Shown piece after piece: positions 62,401 to 64,000 of a stretch of 64,000 bases of DNA. Under the pieces are notes generated by a model, which ran no database searches, had not been told where the DNA came from, and saw only the letters and a program-made list of their open reading frames with translations. Both the position numbers and the translations under genes were made by a program. This DNA comes from a bacterium. Lineage in GTDB: Bacteria; RBG-13-61-14; DATKZS01. Within the stretch, counting starts at the first letter, position 1, and every line of letters begins with the position of its first letter. The stretch is taken from positions 768,001 to 832,000 of the forward strand of contig CAXXFL010000006.1 in the NCBI GenBank assembly GCA_963674965.2. Direction: 5' to 3'.

Positions 62401-64000
62401 ACGAGGCCAGCGAGATATCGACCGCCGTCAAGACCTCAAAGTACACGGAGCCGGAACCGTTTACCGGATCGAGCGAGTATTGGACCTCGTAGTCGCCGGG
62501 GGCCAGAGAGTATTCCAGCCTCCCGTGATAGACGCCCGGATAAGGAGACGAGAGGCTCCCGGCCGGCAGGGAAACTGTCGCCGAGTTCTCATCGAGTATC
62601 TCCGCGCCGGAGAGCAGGGTGAAGCCGGCGGTGAAGACCTCGTCAAAATCACCCGCGTTCTCGATCGTATAGGGAATGGACACTATCCCTTCCCGGTAAG
62701 AAGCCGAGGCGGACAAGGTCAGGACCCCTTCCGAGGACTTGACCTGGAAATAGTAGGAGCCGGAATCGCCGTCAATGTAATAGTCGAGTCTATAGTCTCC
62801 CTCGCCCAGCGAGAAGTATAGCTCGTCCGATGCGACGTCCGGGTCCTCATAAAGTTCGCGGCCTTGCAGGAAGACCACCCTCGAGTCGGTTGTCACCGGC
62901 TGAGAAGCCGAGTCGAAAAGCTCGAATTCCACGTCGTAGAATCCGTCCACTCTCCCGTCCCCGATGACCTCGAACGGTATCGCGACCTGTCCCGACTTAT
63001 AGACGCCGGTCCCGTTTCCGAGAACGTCGACCCGGGCGTTAAGCCCGTAAAGGACCAGGGCCTGTTCCTCGTCCGCAAAGTCTCCCTCCACGGCTATGGT
63101 GAACAGCGCGTCGTCCTGGATTTGCTTGTAATAGGTCAGGACCACGGTCTCGTAAGCCCCGATAGAGGCGGACTTGGATTCCTCGTCGGACGCGCCCGCC
63201 CCCACCGCCACGGTCAGGTCCATGGGAAGATCGACGTTGTTCGTCAGCACCACGTCGATGGCGAAGGGCTCGCTTCCCGCGTATTCGGGGGAGTAAACGT
63301 TGATCGATACGTCCGGCTCGAGCACGGTAATAACTTCAACTTGTCTGGACAAGAGGTTTTGGTCCTGGGTGAGCGAGGCCTCGATGATGACTTGGCCGGG
63401 AACGTCCGCCGTGAACCCGGATAAAATGGAGATCGTGTTCCCAGCGGAGAAGTCCATTGGCCACGAGCCTATCTCGCTGGACGTCCCGTCGGGGCCGCGG
63501 CGCGTTATTTCAAGCTCGACGCCCTCCGGGGCCTCGAGTCCGTAAAACTCGATTTGAGACGAGACCGTAACGCCGTCCCCTGATTTGACGGTCAGAGGGG
63601 CGACCAGGAGAGACAAGGAATAATCGCCGTCCACGACCAGGAAAGGGTACCTGTCCTTGGCCCAGGTGACGGTCTCGCTTCCACCGGAGACGGGACCCTC
63701 GAGTTCGGCGAGAAGATAAAGCTGCCCGGTGGCGGAAAGCGATCCGGCCGGGTCGGAGCCTCCCTCCAAAGTTCCCGAGGCAAGGTCGGAATAGTGGATC
63801 GTGTCATGCCACAGGATTTCCGAGACGAGTTCTTCCTCCACTTCACCGGCTGATTGATCGAGGCCGATGAACCGGACGTTGTCAAGGAGGATGGCCGAAT
63901 CTATCGAGTCGGTCTCCAGGCCGAAATAAAGCGTGAAAACCGATCCCGTTTCCCCCTCTCCTTCACCTTCCCCCCCTTCTCCTCCGGAGCCTCCCGAAGA
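56495..64000 (-). CDS. Giant secreted protein H (>2500 aa, begins beyond the right edge): Ig-like repeats and a Gly/Cys/His-rich C-terminal insert
   Basis: Frame is open from 64000 to 56495. Many DLAGN/IDKT.P Ig-like repeats; colinear with G after its FG-GAP region (VEEVFWSET vs VSEILWHDT). Confidence 0.88.
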   Translation of the reverse strand, partial: SSGGSGGEGGEGEGEGETGSVFTLYFGLETDSIDSAILLDNVRFIGLDQSAGEVEEELVSEILWHDTIHYSDLASGTLEGGSDPAGSLSATGQLYLLAELEGPVSGGSETVTWAKDRYPFLVVDGDYSLSLLVAPLTVKSGDGVTVSSQIEFYGLEAPEGVELEITRRGPDGTSSEIGSWPMDFSAGNTISILSGFTADVPGQVIIEASLTQDQNLLSRQVEVITVLEPDVSINVYSPEYAGSEPFAIDVVLTNNVDLPMDLTVAVGAGASDEESKSASIGAYETVVLTYYKQIQDDALFTIAVEGDFADEEQALVLYGLNARVDVLGNGTGVYKSGQVAIPFEVIGDGRVDGFYDVEFELFDSASQPVTTDSRVVFLQGRELYEDPDVASDELYFSLGEGDYRLDYYIDGDSGSYYFQVKSSEGVLTLSASASYREGIVSIPYTIENAGDFDEVFTAGFTLLSGAEILDENSATVSLPAGSLSSPYPGVYHGRLEYSLAPGDYEVQYSLDPVNGSGSVYFEVLTAVDISLASSLGDSEDGAREASALVTNNSSYDFQGLVSLETSFWSEYFFVSLAAGESLEYSGVMYLDDAETGSHELEASVSDLIGNEVASQTIPFEVGGPVFRVAFAPSSLTANAGDDIEAALLIENSGEKSGVATLAVFCPNLGLNDSAELYIFPGDTAMGAATVSIPYTAGDTVTSLEFEISTSEGELGTPSTGTIPITIQGLSIEASASLDKANYAMDDAASMTIDVINRNGISGAPLEAAVDYDGNEYVLPFILDADSNAVTFEIPVGDMTDPRAVFTIRHQDEGPELAAGFVLIQEDYILVSLYTDKPAYYPGDTVTVVAQALFGGTMDISALSGGVEWEISLEPDTPESVQFQLPADQVAGAQMIDYVFMGYDLEYRYQVLDDDVAIVDLKTDKSVYLMDDEIAAHLIIDSAISMDGAVEFQVQDPDGVTSALGTASASLEPGISDLDGGPRSFSAQTFGEHELYATLYADTAMSVAKSVEVVKFTVADYGIVGVSCDQAEYESRVEGASCLVTLFGWDVTGDLTILLDGTTVVSASIHLYGETAYAVTLDSEEISGLGQHQLGAVFASGPGFLMDASTVFTAVDTIKPTITLYSPEDHLVWGYPVDLVFSAEDQNLSNTSSTVDGLSVEAGDVVMDEGEHVISLYAEDLAGNTAALSSEFTLDFTPPVIAITGVMADLYANSEVVPLIDIQDSLSEVADFACYLDGAEYAPGSPIGDGWHALEVYAVDEADNLAYEVIEFGIDMQPPLIDPDAEAGYYNEDLTFTPSVTDNIEASGGVVVLKDGSTWLSTNFGDQITLAEEASYALILEATDIAGNYVYLEVAPIVIDKTKPILSIVGVSDEGYYGAGVTLHATVIDVNRDPSSEAFLINAEANAYDADIFIGDDGEYSLILEATDLAGNTAAPIDLTFTIDKTKPTIDIGIAPSCYGTVQTTTPTLEEDNLAESRLTVFHGAASDLFDFGDSLVLDQDTAYYIEGYAKDLAGNEKTVLVGPMVIDLIAPEVNADVTSGYYNHDVEFNPTALDANLVYAPITVYMDGTTVIETEVGSTVVLADEGTYTVVVQGVDCTGRTSQVTVSGVVIDKTKPEIVVTGVSDGEFYGAGVTLEGTVNDANRDPAGEALEINALAYGMDTSIELTDDGSYALHAEAADLAGNTAALVDMTFTIDKSAPEIDLGVTSGCFNQALTFTPTLTEANASQSWVRVSYGATVDEHAFGESVTLSAENVYIISGWAMDLAGNSVTAQAGPVIIDLTAPAVTANVASGYYNDYVTFTPEADDANLTASMVTVVKDGSTLSSAEPLAAVTLTEEGDYTVVIEAWDCAGNSVEETVSGVVIDKTPPTILITGVTDGVTYDSQVIPHVEVTDLHHDHHEITLNGLPFASDTPVTEDGVYLLAVHAVDLAGNSADDSLTFEISTEVGTCDLEIDKYVTDPSPWVLVWLREGKKHSMDPDEVGAWIGAVLTDMEVPHLAVYEEDNFLAEMRSGLYNVFIVVNVGKTDEINYELWGRVLAGDGMIAFKNFPEELPQARDLLGVHWEGRRSNNINVVTMYDSDLTPSVSFTVIGKKSAVNMEMLDAEAMGYFTDGRCQGHDYDPGAALNSEGLGRVLSYSFNPAAVDCDDQVVIDQLLVDSVYYVTPAVSTVSPLGVVSVSLDVTNLGSDDHYRIDEYPAPELETVWASDGSLILPDKITWLRYLEMNVMASMQFRVRFPDLVGDYSSVTEASYLTGGTFHLCDGLSASINLSTDSWDLIASIETQLDDLPIPDCCQGHNGGCGDCGCGHGGCCGYGHGYGGCGDCNCGDGGCGNGGGNGGHGNRGLYEGAYGYLGYYQTLGYGDGLQNIEPRGFGLYNLYPFTGGDDDREMDDRCGGGHGGGNGGNGGNGGHGGNGGHGGNGGHGGNGHCQDDCRRDDALAYLSRITPDLEDDQEGAEDAIDYILDAMAEVNAIEEADVEDVLIDLARLLTIWQAKSVTAAE

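Noticed and set aside
1-64000. CRISPR array or cas genes
   Set aside because: No regularly spaced 25-45 bp repeats and no Cas motifs seen.

Overview
Bacterial window, mostly GC-rich with AT-rich patches, in which almost all genes lie on the minus strand. It has three parts. (1) 1-36.4 kb: a locus of giant secreted paralogous proteins with FG-GAP and Ig-like stalks. It includes a ~3.67 kb tandem triplication of [secreted Cys-rich protein - lipoprotein - 5' part of a giant gene], and a giant gene whose N-terminus is a Zn-phospholipase C/P1-nuclease-like domain preceded by an ankyrin lipoprotein. Four IS insertions disrupt it (two IS3-like, one IS110/IS1111-type, one IS701-like). (2) ~36.7-56.4 kb: a composite integrative island with two large serine recombinases, two ParB/RepB-like genes, DUF2924, an HGGxSTG gene and a tRNA 3' remnant. 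Its cargo is an ADP-ribosylglycohydrolase, AbrB-Doc and XRE/ImmA-PIN modules, and a three-gene operon that I read as two divergent Ku-like proteins plus an ATP-dependent DNA ligase fused to a WGR-like domain and a CDC48/p97-type AAA ATPase (candidate undescribed end-joining system). (3) 56.5-64 kb: the 3' part of a third giant paralog ending in a Gly/Cys/His-rich insert. All family calls come from reading motifs by eye; no searches were run.
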